A DNA stretch of 32,000 nucleotides from Mycoplasma mycoides subsp. capri (GCF_018389705.1 NZ_CP065581.1:690001-722000), one strand, 5' to 3'. Shown: positions 8,732 through 19,961, numbered from the stretch's first letter. The notes: generated by a model not told the origin, from the letters alone. Made by a program: numbers and translations.

Positions 8732-10768
8732 ATGAAACTATTTTTATCAAGTTTATTCTTATTATCAAATACAATAACTCCAAGTTTAGCAAATAGTATA
8801 AATGTAGTTAATAATCAAAATTCATCTATTAATCTAAAAGAATATAATCTTAATTTTTTAGCTAAAAATATTAGAGACATTAAAAAGAAAAAAATAAACA
8901 TACATACTCATAAAGATGTAGCTTATATTTCTGTAAATGAATTTTTAGATAGTATTGAACCAATAATTAAACGTAATGAGATTGCACATCAGTTTAAAGA
9001 TAATAAAGCTACAATTAGTTTAAAATCATCTAGTTTTAGTAACCTAAAAGTTGAATTTGATCACAAAGCTCAAGATATTATAGTTTCAGATAACAATATT
9101 TTTACTGAAATTTTAAAAGATAAAGAACGTGGAGAAGAAAAATTAAATCTTGAATTTAAAGGAATAAAAAACGAAAATCCAATTAAACAATTCAAATATC
9201 ATTTAAAAGATTATGATATTGAAATGTTAAAGAATAATAAGGATATTTATTTACCTATAGTTTTGTTAAATCAAATTTTTTTAAGTGATTCAAATATTCA
9301 AGTGTACTTTAATCAAGATGAAGTTAATGTTTTTAGATTTGCTGATTCACTAAAAGATTTCTTTAGCATAGCAAATCTTAAAATGTCAAAAGCAAATATG
9401 CAAACAGAAATTCCTAAAAATTTAAAAGAATTTCAATATAAATATTTGTCATTTTTATTTGATCATTACTATGGAATTAAACTAAATAATAAATCATATA
9501 AAGAGTTTTTTAAAAAGTATGAGTCTAAAATTTTAGGCTCAAATGATAGTCATTATTTAGCAACAAGACAAATAATAGCAGATCTTGATGATCCTCATTC
9601 AGCTTATATTCTAGATGGTTATTTTAATAAAATGAAAGATATTGAAAAAGTTCCAATATCAAAGGAATCTAACAAAGTTCGCTCTGATAATTGAAACAAT
9701 TTACTTCATGTACTAGCTAAACTAGATCCAAATAAAATTGAATATCAAAATAATTTTATTTCAGATACTACTTCAGTAATTTCATTTAAGCAATTTGAAG
9801 AAAATACAGCTTCACATATTAAAAAAAGCTTAGAGGAAGCTCAAAAAAGGGGAATTAAAAACATTATTTTTAATGTAACTCAAAATGGTGGTGGATTTAT
9901 TGGAGCTGCTTATGAGCTAATGGGATTTTTAACAGATAAGCCATTTAAAGTTTATAATTATAATCCACTTTCAAAAGAACAAAAAGTTGAAACAATTAAA
10001 TCAAAATATAACAAATTTGATTTTAATTACTATATTTTAACTTCTCCATATTCTTTTTCAGCAGGTAATATTTTTCCTCAAATCACAAGAGATAATAAAG
10101 TAGCTAAATTAATTGGTTATAAAACTTTTGGTGGAGCTAGTTCTATTGGATATTTTATTTTACCAACTGGAGATATTATTCAATTAAGTACTAATAATGT
10201 TTTTACAAGTTCTAAATTTAAAAGTTTAGAATTTGGAGTTAACCCAGATGTTAAATTAGATGGTGATGTTTTAACTAATGCAAAAGATTTATATGATAAA
10301 AATAAACTTTTAGATCTAATTAGTAAAGCAGATAAAATTCCTTTTGGAAACGATACTGAATCAACTATTAAACCAAGTGAAACATTACCTATAAAACCAG
10401 ATGATAATTCACAACCAAATTCAAAACCAAAATTCTTTTTATCTAAATACATAAAAAATAAGAATTTAAAAATTACAAAAAATGATCCTATAACTTTATT
10501 AGTAGAACTTTTTGAAACTAATCCTGAACTTAAGTTTGATCAAGATATAAGAATTAGTTTAAAAGATAAAAATAAAGCTGAAATTTATTTAGAAAATAAT
10601 CCAGAAGATAAAGTAATTATTAATTTTTCTGTTATTAATAATGATCAAAAACAAATAAAAACTAATAATAAAACTAAATTAATTATTGGTTTAGTATCTT
10701 CATCTATTATTGTATTTATTGTTTTAATATCAGCATTCTTTATTATTAAAAAAAGAAGACAAAAATAA
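8732..10768 (+). CDS. S41-family peptidase, secreted and C-terminally membrane-anchored (678 aa)
   Basis: ORFs 8732..9694 and 9920..10768 are in one frame, joined via TGA at 9692. It has an N-terminal signal peptide without a lipobox Cys (LFLLSNTITPSLANS). The S41 core is NIIFNVTQNGGG...YYILTSPYSFSAGNIF...LIGYKTFGGAS. The C-terminal TM is LIIGLVSSSIIVFIVLISAFFIIKKRRQK. An SD ggag lies at 8723. Confidence 0.85.
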
Positions 10769-10771
10769 AAA

Positions 10772-10806
10772 ATAGTACATACTTTTATAAAGTGTGTACT
10801 ATTTTA
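10772..10806. terminator. bidirectional terminator between the S41 gene and ribF
   Basis: atagtacatact (10772-10783) pairs with agtgtgtactat (10791-10802) with one G-T wobble. An A-run lies 5' and a T-run 3'. Confidence 0.65.
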
Positions 10807-11353
10807 ATTTTAGATTTATTCCTAATAATTCTTGAGCTTTATCTACTAGATTTTCATCTAGTAGTTTTTTTATTTTTGTTGAAGAAATATCATTATCTCT
10901 TTTAAAAATAATCACATTTTCTTTACTAAAAACTCTAATTAAATCATTGATATTTCCTTGAGATAAATAACCAAATGTAAAGTCTTGTCCTTCAACTATT
11001 TTAATAACATTTAATTTGTTTAATAAAATATCTATAAATTGATCTTTAGTTGTTTTGATTAAACTGTCATCAACTTTTATATCAATAAAATAATCTAGGT
11101 CTGTTAATTTAGTATTAATAAATTCTAATTTTTGTTTTTTAGTTGCTAAATTAGTATAAGTTTTGTTATTTTTAATTTTTTTATCAAAAGACATTACTAT
11201 ACTAGTTAAATTTTCTTGTTTTGCTATATTAATTACTTGATTAATTATTTTTTGATGAAAAATATGAAAACCATCAAAATTACCAATAGTAATAATTGCT
11301 TTTTTAGTATTTAGTTTTTCTAATTTATCAAAGGAGTCATTAATATATATCAT
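10799..11353 (-). CDS. ribF: FMN adenylyltransferase (FAD synthetase domain only, no riboflavin kinase domain)
   Basis: A 184-aa ORF. The motif IITIGNFDGFHIFHQKII is the GxFDGxHxGH nucleotidyltransferase motif of the RibF N-domain. The gene stops at a terminator with no C-terminal RFK domain. Confidence 0.8.
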   Translation of the reverse strand: MIYINDSFDKLEKLNTKKAIITIGNFDGFHIFHQKIINQVINIAKQENLTSIVMSFDKKIKNNKTYTNLATKKQKLEFINTKLTDLDYFIDIKVDDSLIKTTKDQFIDILLNKLNVIKIVEGQDFTFGYLSQGNINDLIRVFSKENVIIFKRDNDISSTKIKKLLDENLVDKAQELLGINLKLK

Positions 11354-12218
11354 TATTTAATCCTCCTCTTTTAATTTTAAAGATATTATTATCATATTTT
11401 TGATAAACAGCTAGAATATTATTTTGATCATCACTAATAAAAACTAAACCATCATTAATATCATTTAAAATAATTTTTTTACCTTGTATTATTTCTAAAC
11501 TATTTTGATATTTAACTACTTTATAATCATTAGTTTTAATTGCATCATTTATTGAGATTAAATGATCTCAACTAATATTATTTAAATCAATAGCATTTTC
11601 TAGTTTAAAATTACCAGAAAGTGTTCTATTTAAATAAACTACATATCCTATTGTATTTAAATCTTTACAAATATCTACAGCTAAACTTCTAATATATGTT
11701 CCTTTACTACACTTAACATCTAAAAAAATCTCATAATTTTTTTGATCATAGTCTAATAAACTAGTTTTATAAATAGTTACCTTTCTACTTTTAATTTCAA
11801 CATCTTGATTAGTTAAAGCATACTCATATAATTTTTTACCATCAACTTTTATAGATGAGTAAATTGGTGGGTATTGGTTATAAGTATAGTTATTATATTT
11901 ATTAATTACTTTATTGATTTGATCTAAACTAATATTAAAAGGAGTTTGAGTTTGAATAATATTTCCTTCAGCATCAAAACTATCAGTTAGAGTAAATAAT
12001 TTAATTTTTACTTGATAAGCTTTATTAGCGTTTAATAAATAATCACTAATTTTAGTAGCATTATTTACTAAACAAATTACAACTCCAGTTGCTAGTAAAT
12101 CTAAAGTACCACAATGACCAACTTTTTTAATATTTAACTTTTTTTTAACTTGATTAATTAATTGATAAGTTGAAATATTACTAGGTTTATTTAAAATAAA
12201 AATTCCTGATTTTTGCAT
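11340..12218 (-). CDS. truB: tRNA pseudouridine-55 synthase TruB
   Basis: ORF 11568..12218 reads through TGA (11568-11570) to TAA at 11340-11342 (292 aa). The catalytic motif is GHCGTLDLLATGV. It overlaps the ribF start by 14 nt. Confidence 0.92.
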
Positions 12219-12234
12219 AATTTAATTTCTATTT

Positions 12235-12258
12235 AAAAATCCAAGTATAAAACTTGGA
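12235..12258 (-). terminator. hairpin plus T5 between rbfA and truB (weak terminator or attenuator)
   Basis: tccaagt (12240-12246) pairs with acttgga (12252-12258). On the minus strand it is followed by ttttt (plus-strand A5 at 12235-12239). Confidence 0.35.
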
Positions 12259-12267
12259 AATTTAATA

Positions 12268-12621
12268 TTATTTATTTTTGTCTTCTTTTAAAATTTTATC
12301 AATTTGATTAGCTCTATCTAAACTAGTATCATAAACAAAAGTTAATTCAGGAACAGTTCTTCAGTCTAGTTTACTTGCTAATATCATTCTAATTTCTTTT
12401 AATTTATTTTCTAGTTCTTCTTCAATACTTTGTATTGTTAAATCTTCAGGAATTGGAATAAATTGATAAAAGATTTTAACATGACTATTATCAGCAGATA
12501 ATCTAGTTTCTACAACTGAAACAGATTTTAAAATTTCACTTTTAATTTCACGTTGTAAAATTAAATTTAACTCTCTTAAAAGTAATGACTCTTTTCTTTT
12601 TTGAGTTTTTATATTTGCCAT
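12268..12621 (-). CDS. rbfA: ribosome-binding factor A
   Basis: ORF 12361..12621 reads through TGA (12361-12363) to TAA at 12268-12270 (117 aa). The sequence is RbfA-like (RELNLILQREIK...VSVVETRLSADNSHVKIFY). It holds the conserved position before truB. Confidence 0.88.
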
Positions 12622-12792
12622 AAAATTCTCCTTTTGCTATTTAAATTATACCACTTACAAAAATTGTAAATTTTATAAAAAATGCAACCTAGTTTTATTT
12701 TATATAAGAATTTATCTATAATATGAATAATATTAGAAAATAAAAAGCTGTTTAGTCTATAATTTTAATTAATATAGAAAAGGACATAGTTT

Positions 12793-14037
12793 ATGTTACA
12801 AAAACCTCGTGGAACTCAAGACTTTTTTTTAGATGAAACAAAGTTATGAATTAAAGTTGAAACTAAATTAAGAGAAATTTTAAATAAGTTTAATTATAGT
12901 GAAATAAGAACACCAATGTTTGAATCAAAAGAACTATTTATTAGAAGTATTGGTTCAACTAGTGATATTGTTTCAAAAGAAATGTATGAATTTGTTGATA
13001 AAAAAAATCGTAGTCTAGTTTTAAAACCAGAAGGAACAGCTAGTGTTGTTAGAGCTGTTGTTGAAAATAAACTGTATGCTGAAGACTATTTACCTTTTAA
13101 AACTTATTATATCAGTCCAATGTTTAGATACGAAAGACCACAAAATGGAAGATATCGTCAATTTCATCAATTAGGAATTGAAGTTTATGGAAGTGATTCA
13201 ATACAACAAGATTATGAAGTTTTAAATATAGCTAACAATATCATTAATGATTTTAAATTAAATAAAAATATTAAAATTTATACAAACTATTTAATAACTG
13301 GAAACAATAGAGAACAATACATTTTAGAATTAAAAAAATATTTAACTGATTTTAAATTATGTACTGATTGTAATATTAGGATTGAAAAAAATCCTTTAAG
13401 AGTACTAGATTGTAAAATTGATGACAAACAATTTAACAATGTTCCTAGTATGAAAGACTTTTTAACTGATGAAGAACAAAAAAGATATCAACAAACACTT
13501 GATTTATTTAAAGAAATGAATATTTTAACTATTCATGATGATAAATTAGTTAGAGGTTTAGATTATTACACCGGATTTATTTTTGAAATAAAATATGAAT
13601 CTAAAAATATTGAACAAACTATTATAGCTGGTGGTAGATATAATAATTTAGTCTATGAAATTGGAAATATTAACTTACCAGCTTGTGGTTTTGGGATGGG
13701 ATTAGAAAGATTTATAAATATTATAAAAGAACAAAATGACAAGCTAAATACAAATGATCAAAGCATTGATCTTTATACAATATGTTTAGATCAATCAGCT
13801 ATAAAATTAAATCAACAAATTTTAGAATTGTCTAGATCTATTGGTTTAATATCTGATAGTAACTACTACAATCTGTCTTTAAAATCTGCATTAAAAAAAT
13901 CAGATAAACTGAATCCAAAATATTTAATTATTCTTGGTGAAAAAGAAGCAACATCTAATCAATTTATAATTAAAAATAAAATTAATAAAACTGAAATTAA
14001 AACAACATTAACTAATTTGGTTAATGATCTAAAATAA
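12793..14037 (+). CDS. hisS: histidine--tRNA ligase
   Basis: ATG 12793 (MLQKPRGTQDFF) is in frame with ORF 12916..14037 across the TGA at 12847-12849. Class II motifs MFRYERPQNGRYRQFHQ and GGRYNNL are present. Confidence 0.95.
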
Positions 14038-14045
14038 GGAGATAT

Positions 14046-15770
14046 ATGAAAAGAACACATACTTGCGGTGAATTAACATTACAAAATGTTGATCAAAAAG
14101 TTATTCTACAAGGTTGAGTAAAAAAAATTAGAAAACTAGGAGCTATGGTTTTTATTGATCTAAAAGATAGATATGGAATTACTCAATTAGTTATTGAACA
14201 AGAAAATATTAACTTAATTAATAATATTAAAAATGAATATGTAATTGAAATTAGTGGAATTGTTGTTAAAAGAAAATCAGTTAATAAAGAGTTAATTACT
14301 GGAGAAATTGAAGTTATTGTTAAAGATCTTTTAGTAATTAATAAATCTGAATTAACTCCTTTTGTTTTAGAAAATGATGTTAATGTTAATGAAGATACTA
14401 GATTAACTTATAGATATTTAGATTTAAGAAGACCAATTATGCAAAATAATCTAATTATTAGAGCAAAAATTAATCATATAATTAGAAACTATTTAACTGA
14501 TTTAAATTTTTTAGAAGTAGAAACTCCTTATTTTGCAAAATCAACTCCAGAAGGTGCGCGTGATTTTTTAGTACCATCAAGATTAAATAAAAATAAATTT
14601 TATGCTTTACCTCAATCACCACAATTATTTAAACAATTATTAATGATTTCTGGAATTGACAGATATTATCAAATTGTTAGATCTTTTAGAGATGAAGATT
14701 TAAGAATTGATCGTCAACCTGAATTTACTCAATTAGATTTAGAAATGAGTTTTGCAACTAGTGAAGATGTAATGCAAATTAGTGAATCTTTAATTAAAAA
14801 AATCTTAAAAGAAGTTAAAAACTTTGAAATTAAAGGACCTTTATTAAGATTAAGTTATAAGGACGCTATTGATTTATATGGTAGTGATAAACCAGATTTA
14901 AGATATGATTTAAAAATTCATACTTTAAATGATATTTTTAAAAATACTAATATTAAATTTTTAAATAATCCTGATTTATTTATTAGAGCGATTTGTATAG
15001 ATCAATTATTATCAAAAAAACAACTTGAAGATTTAAACCAACAAGCAAAACAATTTCACTTTAATTCAATTGCTTTTATTAAATTTGAAAATAATAATTG
15101 GTCAGGCAGTTTAGCAAGCCAATTAACTGAAAATGAAAAAGAATTATTAATTAAAGAGTTTGATATTAAAAATAAAGCAACTATTATTTTAAATATTGGA
15201 AAGTATGCAGAAATTTCTCAATTAATGGGTGCTATTAGAATTAGTTTAGCTAAAATGTTTAATTTAGAAACTAAAGATGATTTTAAATTATTATGAGTTG
15301 TTGATTTTCCTTTATTTGAGTTTAATGAACAAGAAAATAGATATGTAGCAGCTCATCATCCATTTACAAGTCCAAAAGAAGAATGCTTAACTGATTTTGA
15401 TACTAATAAAAAAGATGCTTTAGCTTGTGCTTATGATCTAGTTATGAATGGATTTGAAATTGGAGGAGGAAGCCAACGTATTACAGATCCAGAAATTCAA
15501 CAAAGAATGTTTGATGCAGTTGAATTAACTGCTCAACAAGTTGAAACTAATTTTGGTTGATTTATGAACGCTTATAAATATGGTGCTCCTTATCATGCAG
15601 GAATTGCTTGAGGATTAGATAGAATTAATATGATTTTAACTGATTCAAATTCAATTAGAGATGTTATTGCTTTTCCAAAAAATTCACTAGGAATTGATAT
15701 GATGAGTAATGCTCCAGATCTAGTAAGTGAAAAACAATTAGAAGAATTAAATATTAAAATAGTTAAATAA
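14046..15770 (+). CDS. aspS: aspartate--tRNA ligase
   Basis: An SD ggag precedes the ATG at 14046. That ATG, ORF 14145..15296 and the downstream sequence lie in one frame with several TGA codons. Motifs [18 protein letters not shown] and GGGSQRI are present. The TGA at 15294 encodes the Trp of [11 protein letters not shown]. Confidence 0.95.
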
Positions 15771-15777
15771 AAAGTAA

Positions 15778-15805
15778 AAGTAGGGTCTAAAACCCTACTT
15801 TTTTT
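15778..15805. terminator. bidirectional terminator shared by aspS and the convergent hyp268 gene
   Basis: aagtagggt (15778-15786) pairs with accctactt (15792-15800), followed by a T-run. The minus-strand TAG (15787-15789) lies in the loop. Confidence 0.8.
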
Positions 15806-16593
15806 CCCATCATATAATCATCAAAATTTTTATCTCAATCAATTTGTTGCATTCTTTTTGCAACATATACTTTATTTGCAAAATCAAAAATGCCAATATT
15901 TAATAATTGATCAAATTCTAAAAATTCAAAAATTAAAATAGCATAATAAAGATATGTCTGAAAAATAATAATAAATTTAATAAATTCATTAGCTAAATCT
16001 AATTGATTTTTAATATATCAAAAACCATCATCATCAATTTCATCAATACATTCGCTTAAGACTTCATCAATTTCATATAAATATTCAATAAATATTTCAT
16101 TAGTATCTGATTCTAAAGCAATTTTGATTAATTCAACTAAATCATATCTCATGTATTCTAATTTTGTTGATGGATTTAGATCAATAAGTGTTTTTAAAGA
16201 ATTAGTTAAATATGTTCTTGTTAAATATAAAAAGGTTTCTCTAATATTTAAATCAACACCATATTCATCACAAAAATTTGGATTTTTTTTATCAAATGTT
16301 TTATATCAAAAAGAAAAATCATCAAAAAAGCTTAATAATTTTTGAAGTCTAATTACAATAATTTCATAAAAATCGCTTTGAATTATCTTTTTTAAATCTG
16401 CAACTACAAATTTAGGAGTAGTTTTTGATTCTATTTGATTAATTCATTTTCTAAAAGTTGAGATATTTGGTTTTTTTAGTCATTGCTCAACAGCTTTTTT
16501 AGAAAATTCAGATATTTTCTTACCTGGTTGTTGTGAAATTAAATAAAGTTCATCAACAAGTATTTTTAAAAAATTACCATGATATTTAAACAT
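15787..16593 (-). CDS. hypothetical acidic, probably all-helical protein (268 aa), co-transcribed after lepA
   Basis: ATG at 16591-16593 with SD agaggaaag. I verified the frame line by line as open under code 4 (six TGA) down to TAG 15787-15789. No motif was recognised. Confidence 0.65.
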
Positions 16594-16619
16594 TTTTCTT
16601 TCCTCTAATTACTATAATT

Positions 16620-18422
16620 TTAATCATCTATTTTTAAAATAGCAACAAAGGCTTCTTGTGGAACCTCTACAGTTCCAATTTCTTTCATTTTTTTCTTACC
16701 TTCTTTTTGTTTTTCTAATAATTTCTTTCTTCTTGATTTATCTGCAGCATGAAGTTTTCAAGTAACATCTTTTCTATAAGCTTTTATAGTTTCTCTTGAA
16801 ATTACTTTATTTCCAATTGTTGCTTGTACTGGTACTTCAAAGTTTTGTCTTGGAATTAATTCTTTTAGTTTTAAAGTTAAAGCACTTCCTCTTTGATAAG
16901 CAAATTTTTGATTAACTATCATTGAAAATGCATCAACCATTTCTCCATTTAATTTAATATCCATTCTTACTAATTTTGATTCTTTATAACCAATAAGTTC
17001 ATATTCAAAAGATGCATATCCTTTAGAAATAGATTTTAATTTATTAAAAAAGTCAAAAATAATTTCAGCTAATGGCATTTGATAAACTAAAATTCGTCTA
17101 TTATTGTCAATTACTTCCATATTTTTATAAATACCAAGTTTGTTTTGACACAAATTCATTAAATCTCCAATATATTCGCTTGGAGTTGCTATTTTAATTT
17201 CAACAAATGGCTCTTCAATTTTTGCAATTTTTTGAGCTTCAGGTAGTAGTGCAGGATTATCTAATTCAATTACTTGTTTATTTGTTAAGTGAACTTTATA
17301 AACTACACTTGGAGCAGTTGCAATTAGTTCAAGATTATATTCTCTTTCTAGTCTTTCTTGAATTACTTCCATATGTAATAATCCTAAAAAACCACATCTA
17401 AAACCAAATCCTAAAGCTTGACTAGTTTCTGGTTCATAAACTAAAGAAGAATCAGATAATTCAATTTTTTCTAAAGCTTCTTTAAAATCTTGATATTTAT
17501 TAGTATCAATTGGATAAATTCCACAATATACCATTGGTTTTAATTTTTTATAACCTTCTAATGGTTCATCAGCTGGATTTAAAACACTTGTAATAGTATC
17601 TCCAACATTAACATCTTTAATAGTTTTTATTGAAGCTGCAACTCAACCGACTTCACCAGCTTCTAAAAAGTCTTTTTTAACAATTTTTGGAGTTTTTATT
17701 CCTAAAGAAGTAACTTCATATTCAGCATTAGTAGACATTAGTTTGATTTTATCACCAACTCTTAGCATCCCTTGTTTTAGTCTTATTGACATAACAACAC
17801 CTAAATATTTATCATAATAAGAATCAAAAATTAAAGCTTTTAAAGGTGCATTATCAATAGCATCACTTGGTGATGGAATTTTTTCAACTATTGCTTGTAA
17901 AACATCTTCAACATTTAATCCAGTCTTTGCTGAAATTAAAGGGGCATTACTACAATCTAATCCTATAATTTCTTCAATTTCTTGTTTAACTTTATCAACA
18001 TCAGCACTAGGTAAATCAATTTTATTAATTACTGGAATTATTTCTAAATTACTATCGATTGCTAAATAAACATTAGCTAAAGTCTGAGCTTCAACTCCTT
18101 GAGAAGCATCAACAACTAAAATAGCACCCTCACAAGCAGCTAAACTTCTTGAAACTTCATAAGTAAAATCAACATGACCTGGAGTATCAATTAAATTAAA
18201 AATATAATCTTGATTATCTTTTGAACGATATTTTAATTGAACTGAGTTTAATTTAATTGTAATTCCTCTTTCTCTTTCAATATCCATTGAATCTAATAAT
18301 TGATCTTGCATTTCCCTTTTTTCAACTGTGTTTGTTAGTTCTAAAATACGATCAGCTAATGTAGATTTACCATGATCAATATGAGCAATAATACTAAAAT
18401 TTCTAATTTTAGATTTATCCAT
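16620..18422 (-). CDS. lepA: translation elongation factor 4 (LepA)
   Basis: ORFs 17643..18422 and 16758..17534 are in one frame. The gaps contain only TGA, and the gene ends at TAA 16620-16622 (600 aa). Motifs [23 protein letters not shown] and NKIDLP are present. Confidence 0.96.
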
Positions 18423-18445
18423 ATAAAACCTTTCTATTAAACATA

Positions 18446-19333
18446 TTAATGATGTTTATTAATAAAAGTAACTATTTGATTTTCTAGTTGATTTTTGTTG
18501 TTAAACATTTTATTTTTTAAATCATTTACATAATTTAATTGTATAAAATAATCTTTTTTTAAAAACTGTTTTAATAGTTTATATGATGATTTTAAATAGT
18601 ATTTTTCTTCATCAAAATTATTATCATTAGCTATTAATAAAATTGGTAAGTTTTTTCTAATAAAACTAAAACGTTTAGTTTTTAAATTAAAATACATTGT
18701 TTTATATATATCTAATAAACTAATAATTTCAAATTTTTTAGAAATAAAATCATCTTCTAAAAGATCTAAATATCGATTTAAATTATCTGATAAAAACTCA
18801 TTATTTTGATTAAACTCTTGTAAAAAAGTTTGTGTATAAGTATCTTGATATAAACTATATGGTTTTTTATTTTTAGAAAATAATTTAATAAAAATTAATC
18901 TAATCATTTCTTTAAAAATTACTGTTTTATTAAACTGAATAAAATTAGATAAAATTATACCATTAATAGTTTCTGAATATTTAATAGCATAAGCTTTGCT
19001 AAAAACACAAGTTATTGAATGAGAAAACATAAAGATTGGTAATTTATATTGTTTTTTTATAAAATGATTAACTTCTTTAAAATCTTCAATAATAATTTTG
19101 GCATTATGATTTAAAATTTTTTGTTGATTTCTAATTGCTAAAGAGTTTTGAATTGAATTGCAAACAACTATAATTTGATGTTCATTTAATAATTTAAAAA
19201 AACCTGTGTAAAAATCAATAATGTTTAAGTTATTACTAATTATATGTAATACAGCTATTGGTTTTTTTACTTTATCAAAAACATAGGTTTTAATTTGATG
19301 ATTATCAATTGTTTGAATATCAATTTGTTTCAT
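18446..19333 (-). CDS. alpha/beta-hydrolase-fold (lysophospholipase-like) protein with degenerate catalytic motifs
   Basis: A 295-aa ORF. The architecture and spacing resemble lysophospholipase/monoacylglycerol lipase. The nucleophile elbow reads FSHSIT instead of GHSxG, and the HG oxyanion motif is replaced (LHIIS). Confidence 0.45.
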   Translation of the reverse strand: MKQIDIQTIDNHQIKTYVFDKVKKPIAVLHIISNNLNIIDFYTGFFKLLNEHQIIVVCNSIQNSLAIRNQQKILNHNAKIIIEDFKEVNHFIKKQYKLPIFMFSHSITCVFSKAYAIKYSETINGIILSNFIQFNKTVIFKEMIRLIFIKLFSKNKKPYSLYQDTYTQTFLQEFNQNNEFLSDNLNRYLDLLEDDFISKKFEIISLLDIYKTMYFNLKTKRFSFIRKNLPILLIANDNNFDEEKYYLKSSYKLLKQFLKKDYFIQLNYVNDLKNKMFNNKNQLENQIVTFINKHH

Positions 19334-19334
19334 T

Positions 19335-19949
19335 TTAAACCTCTTTTAAAACAAATTCTAAACTTGCATTTTTAGCTAATTTATCGGCTAAGTCATTATA
19401 TTTATTATTTGTATGTGATTTGATTCATTTAAATTCAACTTCAACTTGATCTTTATATTTATTAAAAAATTCTTTATATTCTTTTGTAAAGTCTAAATTA
19501 GCTTTTCATTGATCTAAAGCTCATTTACTTACTCCTTGATAATCATGACAAATAAGTACTTTTTTAATTTTATTTGCAACACAAAACATAATTGTTTGTT
19601 TAACAGCTAGAACTTCACCAGCTACATTTCTTAAACTAGAAATATTTTGATTATCAAATCTCTGACTTAAATGAAATTCTCTATTTTTTCAAAAAACAAC
19701 AACACCATATGAAAAAGTATTATCTAAAGTATTATAACTACCATCAGTATAAGCTATACAACTATTTTTATCACTATTTAAATTATTAGATTGCTTATTA
19801 TCATTTAAAAAATCTTTAGCTTCTTTTAAAGTTGAAAAAGATTTATAAATAGCATTAGAATAATTTTCAACTTGCTTTTTAGCTTCATCTCAAGTTGTAT
19901 AAATACCAGGTTTTAAACCTTTTTTTATTGCATAATACTTTTTTGACAT
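19335..19949 (-). CDS. rnhA: ribonuclease HI with an N-terminal hybrid-binding (dsRHbd) domain
   Basis: This gene is absent from the ORF track because it has several TGA codons. From the ATG at 19947-19949 the frame is verified open to TAA 19335-19337 (204 aa). The N-terminus YYAIKKGLKPGIYTTWDEAKKQVENYSNAIYKSFSTLKEAKDFL is the HBD. The RNase H residues are in IAYTDGS, GEVLA, HDYQG and HTNNKYNDLADKLAK. Confidence 0.8.
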
Positions 19950-19961
19950 ATTTTTTTCTTT

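Noticed and set aside
10180..10452. 90-aa minus-strand ORF
   Set aside because: It is antisense to the S41 peptidase catalytic region, whose plus-strand frame is supported by paralogue conservation.
12622..12792. Possible T-box or other riboswitch upstream of hisS-aspS (also checked upstream of proS)
   Set aside because: The leader is only ~170 nt of AT-rich sequence. It lacks the conserved T-box motif, a specifier-loop architecture and a terminator/antiterminator pair. proS has no leader at all because it overlaps the upstream ORF.
16124..16345. 73-aa plus-strand ORF
   Set aside because: It lies inside and antisense to the 268-aa minus-strand ORF. That ORF has an SD and ATG, is operon-linked to lepA and is open for 268 codons under code 4.
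17207..17401. 64-aa plus-strand ORF
   Set aside because: It is antisense to lepA. The L/Q/V-rich repeat-like composition is an antisense artefact.
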